NCBI GenBank assembly: GCA_902510965.1
Contig: CABXDM010000003.1
Coordinates: 1-61,974, forward strand
Direction: 5' to 3'
Length of the DNA: 61,974 nt
DNA from: an uncultured Candidatus Actinomarina sp.
Lineage (GTDB): Bacteria > Actinomycetota > Acidimicrobiia > Actinomarinales > Actinomarinaceae
Positions 21,547-31,199 of this stretch are shown here, piece after piece. The notes under the pieces were generated by a model that saw nothing but the letters and a program-made list of their open reading frames with translations, was not told where the DNA came from and searched no databases. Both the position numbers and the translations under genes were made by a program. How positions within the stretch are numbered: the stretch's first letter is position 1; every line of letters starts with the position of its first letter.

Positions 21547-22575
21547 ATGAGACTGACTGAGTATTCTCGTGGATCTGGTTGAGCTTGTAAACTATCACCT
21601 AGTGAGCTTGCACAAGTTTTGTCGCAATTTAAAAATCATAAAGCCTTATCTGCCAGCAGTGTATCTGTAGGTTTAAACAACCCCGATGACGCCGGAGTCG
21701 TAAGAACTAGTGGTGAAAATCTTATCCAATCTATAGATTTCTTTACTCCAATTTTAGATAATCCTTATGACTGGGGCAGAGTAGCAGCTGCAAATGCATT
21801 ATCCGACATCTATGCCATGGGTGGAGAGCCTCTGTCGGCTTTACAGTTAGTTTGTTGGCCTAGAGACCATATTAGTTTTGATATTCTAGGAGAGGTTATT
21901 AGAGGTGGATTAGATGTCATGGAGCAAGCTAAATGCTCGGTGATAGGAGGACACAGTATTGATGATAATGAACCTAAGTACGGCTTTTCTGTAACAGGAG
22001 TAGCAAAAGAAAGAGTCTTTCTAAACAATACAATTAAAGATGGCGATAAGTTATTTTTATCTAAACCACTGGGTACTGGTGTAATATCAACCGCAATTAA
22101 AAAAGATAAAGCTAGCTCTGAGATAATTAATAAAGCTACAACAGTAATGACGACTTTGAACAATTCTGCTGCTGACGTTGCCCATAAATATAAAGCAAAT
22201 GCAGTAACTGACATTACAGGATTTGGGTTATTCGGTCATTTAAGTGAGATGTTAAAAAATACAAATCTTGGAGCAAACATTTATAGTAAAAACATCCCTG
22301 CAATTGAAGGAGCTCAAGAACTAATTCTGAACGGCTTCTTTTCATCAGGAAGCCAAAGAAACCTTGACCATGTTAAAGAATTGATAATTGACAACGCATC
22401 AGACCAAAACCTTATAAAGCTTTGTTGTGATGCTCAGACAAGTGGGGGTCTACTTATTGCTGTACCAAAAGACCAAAATATTGACATTGTAGAGATTAAA
22501 GAAAGTATGGGTTTGGAACTTTGGGAAATAGGTGAAATAAATACTGACTATATCGAAAAGATAAATATTATTTAG
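21547..22575 (+). CDS. selD: Selenide, water dikinase, selenocysteine-containing (UGA at codon 12, 21580-21582)
   Basis: ATG 21547 reads MRLTEYSRGSG-U-ACKLSP, in frame with ORF 21619..22575 (DDAGV, DFFTP, AAANALSDIYAMGG, DITGFG, QTSGGLL). Aligns with SelD RLTQYSHGAGCGCK. SD-like AGGTGGGAGGT upstream. Confidence 0.93.
21583..21617 (+). promoter_or_regulatory. Candidate bacterial SECIS hairpin
   Basis: GCTTGT (21583-88) pairs with ACAAGT (21612-17), enclosing TCAC-CTA-GTGA, immediately 3' of the UGA. Confidence 0.55.
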
Positions 22576-22580
22576 TAATA

Positions 22581-23501
22581 ATGATTAAAAAATTAACAAA
22601 ATATTTTGCTTTCGCTACTTTGTTGAAAAATTTAATTGGCACTAAAAAAGCTCAGACCGAGGGCTTAACTCAAATTCACCCAACAAAAATACCTGGGAGA
22701 ACAGTTTTTGTGCGAGAAAAAGAATACTTTATTCGTGAATCTTACGTAGGTAACACAATCCCAATTATCTTTCTACACAGTTGGGGCTCTGACTCACTAG
22801 GAAGTTGGTTTAAAATTCTCCCTTTCTATGAAGAAAAAAATTCTTTTGTAACAATCGATATGAAAAATCACGGAAAATCCGACTCAAGTTGGAAGAGGTG
22901 GGATGTTGATGAAAACGCAGATGTAGTAATCAGCATATTAGATCAACTAGACATAGAGAAATGCAATATAGTTGGATGGTCAATGGGAAGTGCGGTAGGA
23001 CTTAGCATTTCAAGGAAGAAGAGAGAGCTTGTAAATAAAATGGTTCTCATCACACCATTTAGTTGGCTCGGAGGTGCTGTATATAAAGATAAACCCCTCT
23101 TTAAATTTTTTGTAGCAACGGTGAGAATCAGAGAGAGATTATTTCCAAATATGAATCCAAAATCTAAATATTCACATTTACGTAAAACTGGTGCATTAGG
23201 AAATGAATACACTGACTGGGCCTGGAATAATTTACATAAATCTAAAGATGACTTCATATATGAGGATGGTGGAAGATATGTTGTGCCATACGATGCAAGA
23301 CCCTGGTTAAAAGAAATTGATACAGAAACATTAGTCATCACGGGTGGAAAAGATAATTTAGTGCCTGAGGAGACTTCTCAAGAAGTTATAAAAGATCTAG
23401 CAAATGTAAATGAAATAATCTTTGATAATGCAGCTCACTCAATTCCATGGACACATGACGAACAATTATTAATTGAATTAGACTCTTTTTTTAAAGAATG
23501 A
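22581..23501 (+). CDS. Alpha/beta fold hydrolase
   Basis: FLHSWG, IDMKNHGKS, nucleophile GWSMG, GGKDNLV, AAHSIPW. Confidence 0.85.
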   Translation: MIKKLTKYFAFATLLKNLIGTKKAQTEGLTQIHPTKIPGRTVFVREKEYFIRESYVGNTIPIIFLHSWGSDSLGSWFKILPFYEEKNSFVTIDMKNHGKSDSSWKRWDVDENADVVISILDQLDIEKCNIVGWSMGSAVGLSISRKKRELVNKMVLITPFSWLGGAVYKDKPLFKFFVATVRIRERLFPNMNPKSKYSHLRKTGALGNEYTDWAWNNLHKSKDDFIYEDGGRYVVPYDARPWLKEIDTETLVITGGKDNLVPEETSQEVIKDLANVNEIIFDNAAHSIPWTHDEQLLIELDSFFKE

Positions 23502-24628
23502 AGAATGTACTTTTCATAGCTCCTACAACTTACAAACTTCCTCTTGATAAGAATATGCGTAAAAAGTTTGAGTACTTGTCAGAAATTTCCAATCTAAATG
23601 TAATTGCATTTGCAAATGAAAAAAAAGAAATGAATTTGGAGAATGCGAACCTTTACTTTTTCAAGAAAACAAAAAGCCGATTTTATAATTATTTAAAGAT
23701 AATGGTAGTTTCTTTGATTTCTATGAGGAAAATTATAAAAGATAACAATATAGAAATAGTCTGTTTTCAAGATCCAGTATCAAGCTTTCTTTCAATGCTG
23801 ATTGTGAAAAAGAGATATAAAAGCATCAAAGTAATTGTAGAAACACATGGGGATTTTATAGAAACTCTTGGCTTAGAAAAAAACTTATTATTCCCGAGTC
23901 TATACAAATATATCTTCCAAAGGTTGTCAAGATATACGATTCATAATGCAGATATTATTAGGGCGGTGTCATCCTCAACTGAAGCTCAGGTAAGAAAAAT
24001 AAATAAGTCAAAAACTATCGTACGCTTTCCGGCTTGGGTCGATTTTGATGACTTTAAAGATATTAAAATTAATAGAGATAAAGATTCAAAATTTCGAATC
24101 TTATTCATAGGAAGTGTGACAGATAGAAAAAAGCCTCATTTAATTGTTGAAGCATTAAATTCTATTAAAAAAGAAAATGTTGAACTTTTAATTGTAGGGC
24201 CAACACCTAATTCTAAATATTTAGAAACTTTAAAAAACTTAATAAGTGAATATGCCTTAGACGACAATGTTAAATTCTTTGGAGAAGTAGACAGGGAAAG
24301 GGTAAAAAGTTTTTATTCTGAAATTAACTTAATGATTTTACCCTCTGTATCAGAGGGTCTTGCAAGGGTTATATTTGAATCACAAGCTACGGCCTGCCCC
24401 GTTCTAGTAACCGATGCACCCGGCATGGGGGATATTGTTATAGAAGGTCAGACTGGCTATATCTTTGAAAGCAATAGTATCGAAAGTTTAGCTACAAAGA
24501 TAAACCAAGTCGAAGAAAATTATGAAGAGGCGATACATATAGGCACTAACGCAAAAGATTTTATTCTAAAAAACTATTCAGCAGAAAACTTTAAGTTTAG
24601 TTTTAAAAAGATTTTCGATAGCGTTTAA
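23498..24628 (+). CDS. Glycosyltransferase family 4
   Basis: ILFIGSVTDRKK, LPSVSEGLARVIFESQA, VLVTDAPG. Confidence 0.88.
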   Translation: MKNVLFIAPTTYKLPLDKNMRKKFEYLSEISNLNVIAFANEKKEMNLENANLYFFKKTKSRFYNYLKIMVVSLISMRKIIKDNNIEIVCFQDPVSSFLSMLIVKKRYKSIKVIVETHGDFIETLGLEKNLLFPSLYKYIFQRLSRYTIHNADIIRAVSSSTEAQVRKINKSKTIVRFPAWVDFDDFKDIKINRDKDSKFRILFIGSVTDRKKPHLIVEALNSIKKENVELLIVGPTPNSKYLETLKNLISEYALDDNVKFFGEVDRERVKSFYSEINLMILPSVSEGLARVIFESQATACPVLVTDAPGMGDIVIEGQTGYIFESNSIESLATKINQVEENYEEAIHIGTNAKDFILKNYSAENFKFSFKKIFDSV

Positions 24629-24684
24629 GACATCTAACAGCCAATTTTATAAAAATTGTCCACTGTTATTGCTATTCTTGAATC

Positions 24685-25707
24685 ATGGACATTGTGCTTT
24701 ATATAGTAAATATTATTCTTATGGCTACGGTTGTGTATTTTGTTACACGAAAAGAAGAGGTGCCGGAAAAAGATGATGAGTATCTAATAAAGGGAATAGT
24801 CAGTGAGTTAATTGAAAATGAAGAATCTCAGATTTATAAGCTGTTAGATAAATCAGATAAAACTGTAAAAGATTTTTTAGAAAAAACAGGTGAGATTAAA
24901 AGTTCAATATCTGGTGTTGATCAACAAACTAGAAACCTTATATCTGTACTAAATAACAACCAGAGCAGGGGACAGTGGGCTGAATTCCAAGTTGAAGACT
25001 TATTAGGAATCATGGAATATAAAGATGGAATACATTACGAATCCCAAAAAATTATGAATAGTGGAACAAAGCCGGACTTCACATTTTATTTACCAGATAA
25101 CAAAACAATCAATATGGATTCAAAGTTTCCATTAAATCTATACATGCAGCTCTCTAAGCTAAATTTAGATTTAGAAGATGAGACCCTTGATGAGATATCA
25201 CGCAAGCAAATCACTGAAAGCATAAAAACAAAAAACCGAGAATTTATTGATAAAGCAATTAAAACAAAAATTGATGAAACTTCAGGTAGAGAGGGATATA
25301 TTTCAGCCGAAGAGGACACTGTCGACTTCGTCCTGATGTACATTCCTCTTGAAAACTTATACCACTTTTTACTTACTTCTGAAATCGGAGCAGCTAGAAC
25401 TCCAGTCATACAATATGCCTTTTCAAAAAAAGTAATCCTAGTGAGCCCTCAAACACTCATGGCTTATCTAGAGACTATTAGGCATTCGATGAAGCTATTC
25501 AGTCTTCAAACTGACACAAAAAATATCCTTCTTGCGCATGAAAAAGTTAAAAGTGAAGTCAATAAATTTATCGATTCATTTGATGAAGTTACAAAACGGT
25601 TAGATCAAACAGTTGACTCATTTGAGAAACTAAAAACTACGAGGAAAAATAAATTAGAAAAATCTTTCGACGAATTAAATCAAGTTAATAAAAATAGCGA
25701 GGGCTAG
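24685..25707 (+). CDS. rmuC: DNA recombination protein RmuC
   Basis: RGQWAEFQVE, KPDFTFYLP, MDSKFPL, DFVLMYIP, VSPQTLMAYL. Confidence 0.88.
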   Translation: MDIVLYIVNIILMATVVYFVTRKEEVPEKDDEYLIKGIVSELIENEESQIYKLLDKSDKTVKDFLEKTGEIKSSISGVDQQTRNLISVLNNNQSRGQWAEFQVEDLLGIMEYKDGIHYESQKIMNSGTKPDFTFYLPDNKTINMDSKFPLNLYMQLSKLNLDLEDETLDEISRKQITESIKTKNREFIDKAIKTKIDETSGREGYISAEEDTVDFVLMYIPLENLYHFLLTSEIGAARTPVIQYAFSKKVILVSPQTLMAYLETIRHSMKLFSLQTDTKNILLAHEKVKSEVNKFIDSFDEVTKRLDQTVDSFEKLKTTRKNKLEKSFDELNQVNKNSEG

Positions 25708-25715
25708 TAGAGCTA

Positions 25716-26108
25716 TTAGTAATTATCTATTAAATTACTGACGACCATTATGCATTTATCATCAATGTAATTCTTTTTATTAGAATCTAAATATTCTGAA
25801 ATTTCAGCACTTTCTGCTCCAGGTTGGTACCAAAAGTTATCATAACCCTTTTCAACCAAGTCCTTAGTAATTTTGAATCCAATACTTGGAGGCACTACAA
25901 AATTTATAATTGAGGGACAGTCTGATATTTCCTGGACAGTTTTAAATACTTTTCTACCCTCTATTTCTACTTCTTTGTTGTTTACAGGAATTACGTCATA
26001 ATCCTTACTAACAAGATCTATAAGTATTTTGTATCCAAACTTATTTTTATTTGTACTGGCACCTATTAGGGCAATGGAATTATTTTTATCTTTTAGAAGC
26101 TCAATCAA
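25716..26108 (-). CDS. CoA-binding protein (YccU-like)
   Basis: IALIGASTNKNKFG, VIPVN, FWYQPGAES, CIMV. Confidence 0.85.
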   Translation of the reverse strand: MIELLKDKNNSIALIGASTNKNKFGYKILIDLVSKDYDVIPVNNKEVEIEGRKVFKTVQEISDCPSIINFVVPPSIGFKITKDLVEKGYDNFWYQPGAESAEISEYLDSNKKNYIDDKCIMVVSNLIDNY

Positions 26109-27908
26109 TTAAAAGTTTTCAGATTTAATACTATAAAGAGTATCCTTGCCAGCTTTTACAGATGAAGTATACCCAGATGCTAAAGGCAATAACTGTTCCA
26201 TGTAAAACTTGGAGAGAGTAATCTTGTCAGCATAAAATTCATCTTTTGTTTCTTCTAATTTTTGTTTTGCTAATATTGCTGCCTTTGCCATGTAATATCC
26301 TCCAATTACCTGGCCAAACATTTTCATATAAGGTGTTGCTGCTGAGCTAGCGTCTACAAGCTCTCCCTCGAGCATTTTCCCACCAAGCCAAAGTGTCACT
26401 TCAGATAGATTATTTACTTCAACCTCTAGCAATGATGCCATATTTTGTAATTCCTCATCGCCATTTTTCATCGTTTCAACGGTTTCATTTACCTCAGCGA
26501 GCAAACGCTGCATGGCTTGACCTCCATCTAAAGGTAATTTTCTAAACATTAAATCTAGTGCTTGAATTCCATTTGTTCCTTCATAGATAGGTGCAATTCT
26601 TGAATCTCTTAAGTATTGAGCAACTCCAGTCTCTTCTACATAGCCCATTCCACCATAGACTTGTATTGCTATAGAACTTAGCTCAACTCCCAAATCTGAA
26701 ACCCAGGCTTTAGTTACAGGAGTGAGAAGTCCACACCTTTCTTCACCAAAAGCTTTAGTTTCCTCATCCTCTGCAAAATATTCTAAATCCATCATTAACT
26801 GGTTGTCATACATAAGGTATCTCATTGCATCGGTGTAGGACTTCATTGTCATTAACATTCTTCTAACATCTGCATGATCAATAATTGTTGAATTTTTTGC
26901 ATCTTCTTTACTCATCCCAACAGGACGGCCCTGCACTCGATCTCGAGCATATTGAGCAGCTCCCTGGAAGGCAGGTACAGCACAAGATAAGCCTTGTCCA
27001 CCCACCCAGACTCTTGCTTCATTCATCATTGTGAACATGTAAGTTAAACCTCTATTTTCTTCACCAACCAAGTAACCCACGGCACCTTCATTACCTCCAT
27101 ACTCCATAACACAGGTAGGGCTGGCGTGTATTCCTAGTTTTTCTTCGATTGAGAGACACTTAACTTCGTTTCTATCTCCAAGTGAGCCATCATCATTTAC
27201 TATGAACTTAGGAACAATAAACATTGAAATTCCCTTAGTTCCTTCTGGCGAACCGGGAATCTTTGCAAGAACAAGATGTATTATATTTTCAGTCATGTCA
27301 TGCTCTCCAAAAGTAATCCATACTTTTGTACCTGTAATTCTATAGCTTCCATCTTCGCTTTTTTCAGCTTTAGTTGTAATAGTTCCAAGGTCTGAACCTG
27401 CTTGTGGTTCGCTGAGGTTCATTGTTCCAGTCCATTCACCAGAAACTAGTTTTGGAAGAAATTTATCTTTTTGTTCTTGGCTTCCATGAAAATTAAGAGC
27501 TGAAATTGCTCCTGCACTTAGTCCGGGAGCCAAGCCAAATGCCAAATTTGCAGAGCTTAGAATTTCTAGTGTTCCACCAGATAGAACGACAGGCATACCA
27601 CCACCACCTATCTCAGAAGGAAGTGAAATAGATGACCAACCTGCTTCAGCAAATTTCTTATAGGCATCAACAAATCCTTCGGGCATAGTTACAACAGAAT
27701 CATTTATTGTTGCGCCCTTTTCATCGCCTACTGCATTAATTGGCGCTAAGACTTCTTCTGCAAACTTTCCACACTCTTCCATTGTTGGGATAACAATATC
27801 TTCTGAAAAATCGCTAAATTGACTAATTTTTGAAAGAACGTCGTAGGAATTAATAACTTGATACCCGAATACGATGTCTTTTACTGGAGCTTTATAATTT
27901 ACAGCCAT
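26109..27908 (-). CDS. Acyl-CoA dehydrogenase (long, DmdC-like subfamily)
   Basis: GTMNLSEPQAGSDLG, GTKVWITFGEHD, KLGIHASPT, MMNEAR, QVYGGMGY, IYEGTNGIQALDL. Confidence 0.9.
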   Translation of the reverse strand: MAVNYKAPVKDIVFGYQVINSYDVLSKISQFSDFSEDIVIPTMEECGKFAEEVLAPINAVGDEKGATINDSVVTMPEGFVDAYKKFAEAGWSSISLPSEIGGGGMPVVLSGGTLEILSSANLAFGLAPGLSAGAISALNFHGSQEQKDKFLPKLVSGEWTGTMNLSEPQAGSDLGTITTKAEKSEDGSYRITGTKVWITFGEHDMTENIIHLVLAKIPGSPEGTKGISMFIVPKFIVNDDGSLGDRNEVKCLSIEEKLGIHASPTCVMEYGGNEGAVGYLVGEENRGLTYMFTMMNEARVWVGGQGLSCAVPAFQGAAQYARDRVQGRPVGMSKEDAKNSTIIDHADVRRMLMTMKSYTDAMRYLMYDNQLMMDLEYFAEDEETKAFGEERCGLLTPVTKAWVSDLGVELSSIAIQVYGGMGYVEETGVAQYLRDSRIAPIYEGTNGIQALDLMFRKLPLDGGQAMQRLLAEVNETVETMKNGDEELQNMASLLEVEVNNLSEVTLWLGGKMLEGELVDASSAATPYMKMFGQVIGGYYMAKAAILAKQKLEETKDEFYADKITLSKFYMEQLLPLASGYTSSVKAGKDTLYSIKSENF

Positions 27909-27947
27909 TATTAAATTTTACTATAAAGTAAAGAAAACGCCCAATTT

Positions 27948-28796
27948 TTATCTTGGACTAACATCTACAAGTTCTGATATTTCAGCTATTTTTTCAAGGG
28001 TAGGTAGTTCACCTGTACCCGCTAAGATGGCCCCCGCAGCACATGCATTTTTTATAGTTGAAATGATATCCTCAACTCCATTTGCGGCAATATAAGCAGC
28101 TGTTACATCTCCTGCCCCTGTTGCATTAATAGTTTTAAAGTCAGGTGGTGTAATCTCTATAGCACCTTCCGAGCTGATTAATCTTGCAGGCAAGTTGGAG
28201 TGTGTTAACAATATTCTTGATACAAGTTCGTTATTCAATAAATTTTCAGCTTCTATTACGTCTATCTCATCTTTACTAACAACCAAAAAATCAATTTCAT
28301 AATCAATTGGATATTCGTATCCTGCTTGGACAACGAAAACACCACTTTTTTTAATTTCAGTTATTGAGTTCTTAATGTTAGGTATGGAGTACCTGTCAAC
28401 AAGAAGAGACTGAAAGTTTTTTACTTCAGAGAGCTTATTCCAGGTGCAGTTTGAATAACCCGAAGACACAATAGTTCTTTCACCATCTCTATCAACAAAG
28501 ATAGAGCATGTCGGAGTTGGACTATCATTCAAGATTATTTCTTCATGTAAAATATTTTTATCTCTCAGCTCACTCAGCAAATATTCACCTAGAGCATCTT
28601 TACCAATACTGTTACCTAGAACAGAAACAGACATTCCCCAGTTGGCAATATTTTCAGCACAGTTTATTGCAGTTCCACCAGCTCTGATATTGTAATTATT
28701 ACTTCTAACATCTCCTCCAGCCTCAGGAAGATCGTCAATAAAATATATAAGATCAGGATTTAAAGTTCCGTAACATAAAGTTTTTTCATAAACCAT
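27948..28796 (-). CDS. PfkB/ribokinase family sugar kinase
   Basis: AGGTAINCA, IGKDALG, DRDGERTIV, NATGAGD. Start set at ATG 28796. Confidence 0.82.
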   Translation of the reverse strand: MVYEKTLCYGTLNPDLIYFIDDLPEAGGDVRSNNYNIRAGGTAINCAENIANWGMSVSVLGNSIGKDALGEYLLSELRDKNILHEEIILNDSPTPTCSIFVDRDGERTIVSSGYSNCTWNKLSEVKNFQSLLVDRYSIPNIKNSITEIKKSGVFVVQAGYEYPIDYEIDFLVVSKDEIDVIEAENLLNNELVSRILLTHSNLPARLISSEGAIEITPPDFKTINATGAGDVTAAYIAANGVEDIISTIKNACAAGAILAGTGELPTLEKIAEISELVDVSPR

Positions 28797-28839
28797 AGCC
28801 CTTTTATAATATATCAAAACAACATGAAAGGTATTAAAA

Positions 28840-29205
28840 ATGAAAGTTGCTTACGTTCTTAATTCGCCAAATGCGGCTAATTACAAAGTTGGAGAGATGA
28901 TACTTCCACAACTAGAAGCTGATAACCATGGTGTTGAAGTAGTAGGTATTTTCTTTTTTGACGACAATACAATGTTGCTTCAGAAAGGAAATCCTAAAGG
29001 AGAAAGACTAGCAAAAGTTGCTTCCGAAAAAGGAATGCTATTGATGATGTGTGATCAATGTGCAAACCAACGAGGTCTTGCATCTAAAAATGCAGAGGGT
29101 GGTTATACCCCTGAAGGAACAGTTGAGGGAGTAGCCGCAGGTTGTTTCCCAGACTTGTACCAAGCCTTATCTGGCAACATGCCTGATCAAGTTATATCTT
29201 TATAA
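28840..29205 (+). CDS. DsrE-family sulfur/selenium-transfer protein (SaoD-like)
   Basis: ILPQLE..HGVEVVGIFFFDDN, MMCDQC, GCFPDLY..LSGNMPDQVISL; SD GAAAGG. Confidence 0.7.
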   Translation: MKVAYVLNSPNAANYKVGEMILPQLEADNHGVEVVGIFFFDDNTMLLQKGNPKGERLAKVASEKGMLLMMCDQCANQRGLASKNAEGGYTPEGTVEGVAAGCFPDLYQALSGNMPDQVISL

Positions 29206-31170
29206 CTAAACTAGACCACTTATAACAGCTGTAAGGATGAGGATTAGTAAGTAACTTATTAGTCCTCCTCCAATAGCTGCGTATTTCATTGTTCTCGATA
29301 TAGAGCTTGGTCCAATCAAATGGTATGCAAGAACTCCGAAGAATGGTACTAAAAATACAACAGCTAACCATATATATTTTTTTGCACCTTCAACTTGCTT
29401 GTTAGTGTTTAAATCATACAACGCAAGAGCTGTCCATGCTGAATAAAGCACAAACGGCATCAAGTATCCATATAACTGAAACAATAACTGCCAAATACTT
29501 GGACTTGAAATGGGCACTCCACTCATTATTATCTCCTTTTTTGCTTCATATAAATTATCTAAATTTTGGTCATCCATTAGGTCATAGGGAAGTGTTATTG
29601 CCTCTAAATCTGGAACATAAAAAAGATTCACAGCCGGATTAGGTAGATTGATATTCTGAAATGTCATATTTGTTTGTTCTTTTGGCCACGGGTACTCTTT
29701 GTATCTATTTTTATCAAGTTCTTGATTTTGTGCATCTGCAAAAAATCCGGCAAGCATCATTAGCCCTGAAACATCACCTTGAAGAGGAAATCTTGATAAA
29801 AGACCACCCTCTTCAATAGATGAACAATTATGTAGCTGTTCAAGAAGAGGTGGTGTCGAAGTTTGATAGACATTACCCTCATAGCAATTCCCCGGACCCC
29901 AAGGTCCTGCCAGTGCCAAATCTGTGTAGCCTGAATCAAGAACAACATTATCTTTTACTTGAACATGTTGCGAAAAATATAATTTCGCATCAAGCATAGG
30001 ACTAGCAACTATTCCATATTTATCATGATTAATGACAATATTCTTTTCTATAATGTCGCCAACTCTTCCAGGTACAACTATTCCCATCCCTTTTGCTACT
30101 AAGCCGAAACGGTTGGTAGGAGCATTGTAATTATTATTATCGATAACTAAATTACCTATTATTGTTGTCTCTCTACCTGGAGGATTTAGTTCAGAATCTA
30201 ATGTATTTGGTACAATTCCTGACATATTATTTTGCCAAATATTATTGTATAAATAAAGATGGCCTCCGGCGTTGGTTCCAGAGTACCCAAGAGCATTTCC
30301 TTCAATTACATTATCGTAAATTAATGAATTACAAGGATAACATTGTCCAATGTAAATTCCACTGTCAGGGTGACCAGAGGCGTATATATTATCAAATATT
30401 CCATCTGTTGAGTCAAATGCATAAACACCGTAATCGCCATTATTGTAAACCGTTAAATATGATCCCTTGAAACCCTTTGATCCGTTCCAGTAAACACCAT
30501 TCAGGGAAAAATTCCGCACTGATAGATTTTCAACACTTACACCATCTGTGTCATAAATTTGAATTCCATTTTCCCTCATAAATTCACCATCAATGATTAC
30601 TGAGTTTCTATCAGTACCTCTAATTGTTAAATAAGGGGTAGTTACTGTGACACTTTCGTTATAAACACCTGGACTTATCAGTATTAAATCTCCAGTAAAA
30701 GCATCATCTACTGCATCTTGGATAGTCTCAAAACTCTTACCTGCACCAACTTCTAATACATTTGTACTCATCACATAATCAACTTCTTCAACAGGAGCTG
30801 TATATTCAACATCGCCTACAATTATTGTCCCAACCATGCCTTTGTTATTTGTTCCATGATACGGGCAGTAGTATTCATAAATACCAGGTTCATCAAATGT
30901 ATATTCATATTGATCACCTTTGGTAATAATTCCGTATTCAAAATAATCTGAAGAAATTGCCTGCCAAGAACCATCACTTGCGATTACATTATGATTATTA
31001 GAACCACCGGACTCCCAAACCACAGTTGAACCTACAGGTACATTGATGACTTTTGGCGAAAACTCATCATCAACTATCCTAATTACTAGCGAACCCTCAG
31101 AAGACGCATCTCCATTGCCACATGCAGCCAAAAAGATTATTAAAAGGGTTAATTTAAAATGCTTAATCAC
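29206..31170 (-). CDS. Lipoprotein with cupredoxin domain, right-handed beta-helix and C-terminal PLDc_N-like membrane anchor
   Basis: Lipobox FLAAC; type-1 Cu ligands HNV and YYCPYHG..GM; TIQDAVD..GDLILISPGVY start of beta-helix; WLAVVFLVPFFGVLAYHLIG tail. Confidence 0.8.
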   Translation of the reverse strand: MIKHFKLTLLIIFLAACGNGDASSEGSLVIRIVDDEFSPKVINVPVGSTVVWESGGSNNHNVIASDGSWQAISSDYFEYGIITKGDQYEYTFDEPGIYEYYCPYHGTNNKGMVGTIIVGDVEYTAPVEEVDYVMSTNVLEVGAGKSFETIQDAVDDAFTGDLILISPGVYNESVTVTTPYLTIRGTDRNSVIIDGEFMRENGIQIYDTDGVSVENLSVRNFSLNGVYWNGSKGFKGSYLTVYNNGDYGVYAFDSTDGIFDNIYASGHPDSGIYIGQCYPCNSLIYDNVIEGNALGYSGTNAGGHLYLYNNIWQNNMSGIVPNTLDSELNPPGRETTIIGNLVIDNNNYNAPTNRFGLVAKGMGIVVPGRVGDIIEKNIVINHDKYGIVASPMLDAKLYFSQHVQVKDNVVLDSGYTDLALAGPWGPGNCYEGNVYQTSTPPLLEQLHNCSSIEEGGLLSRFPLQGDVSGLMMLAGFFADAQNQELDKNRYKEYPWPKEQTNMTFQNINLPNPAVNLFYVPDLEAITLPYDLMDDQNLDNLYEAKKEIIMSGVPISSPSIWQLLFQLYGYLMPFVLYSAWTALALYDLNTNKQVEGAKKYIWLAVVFLVPFFGVLAYHLIGPSSISRTMKYAAIGGGLISYLLILILTAVISGLV

Positions 31171-31199
31171 GTCACTATTTTAGCAAGTAATATGATGGC

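Noticed and set aside
21619-22575. selD as given by the ORF track (318 aa, TTG start)
   Set aside because: Lacks the catalytic N-terminus; the in-frame ATG at 21547 with a Sec UGA explains it better.
26109-27908. Assigning dmdC (DMSP demethylation pathway)
   Set aside because: The subfamily includes many general fatty acyl-CoA dehydrogenases, and no dmdA, dmdB or dmdD is in the window; needs phylogeny.
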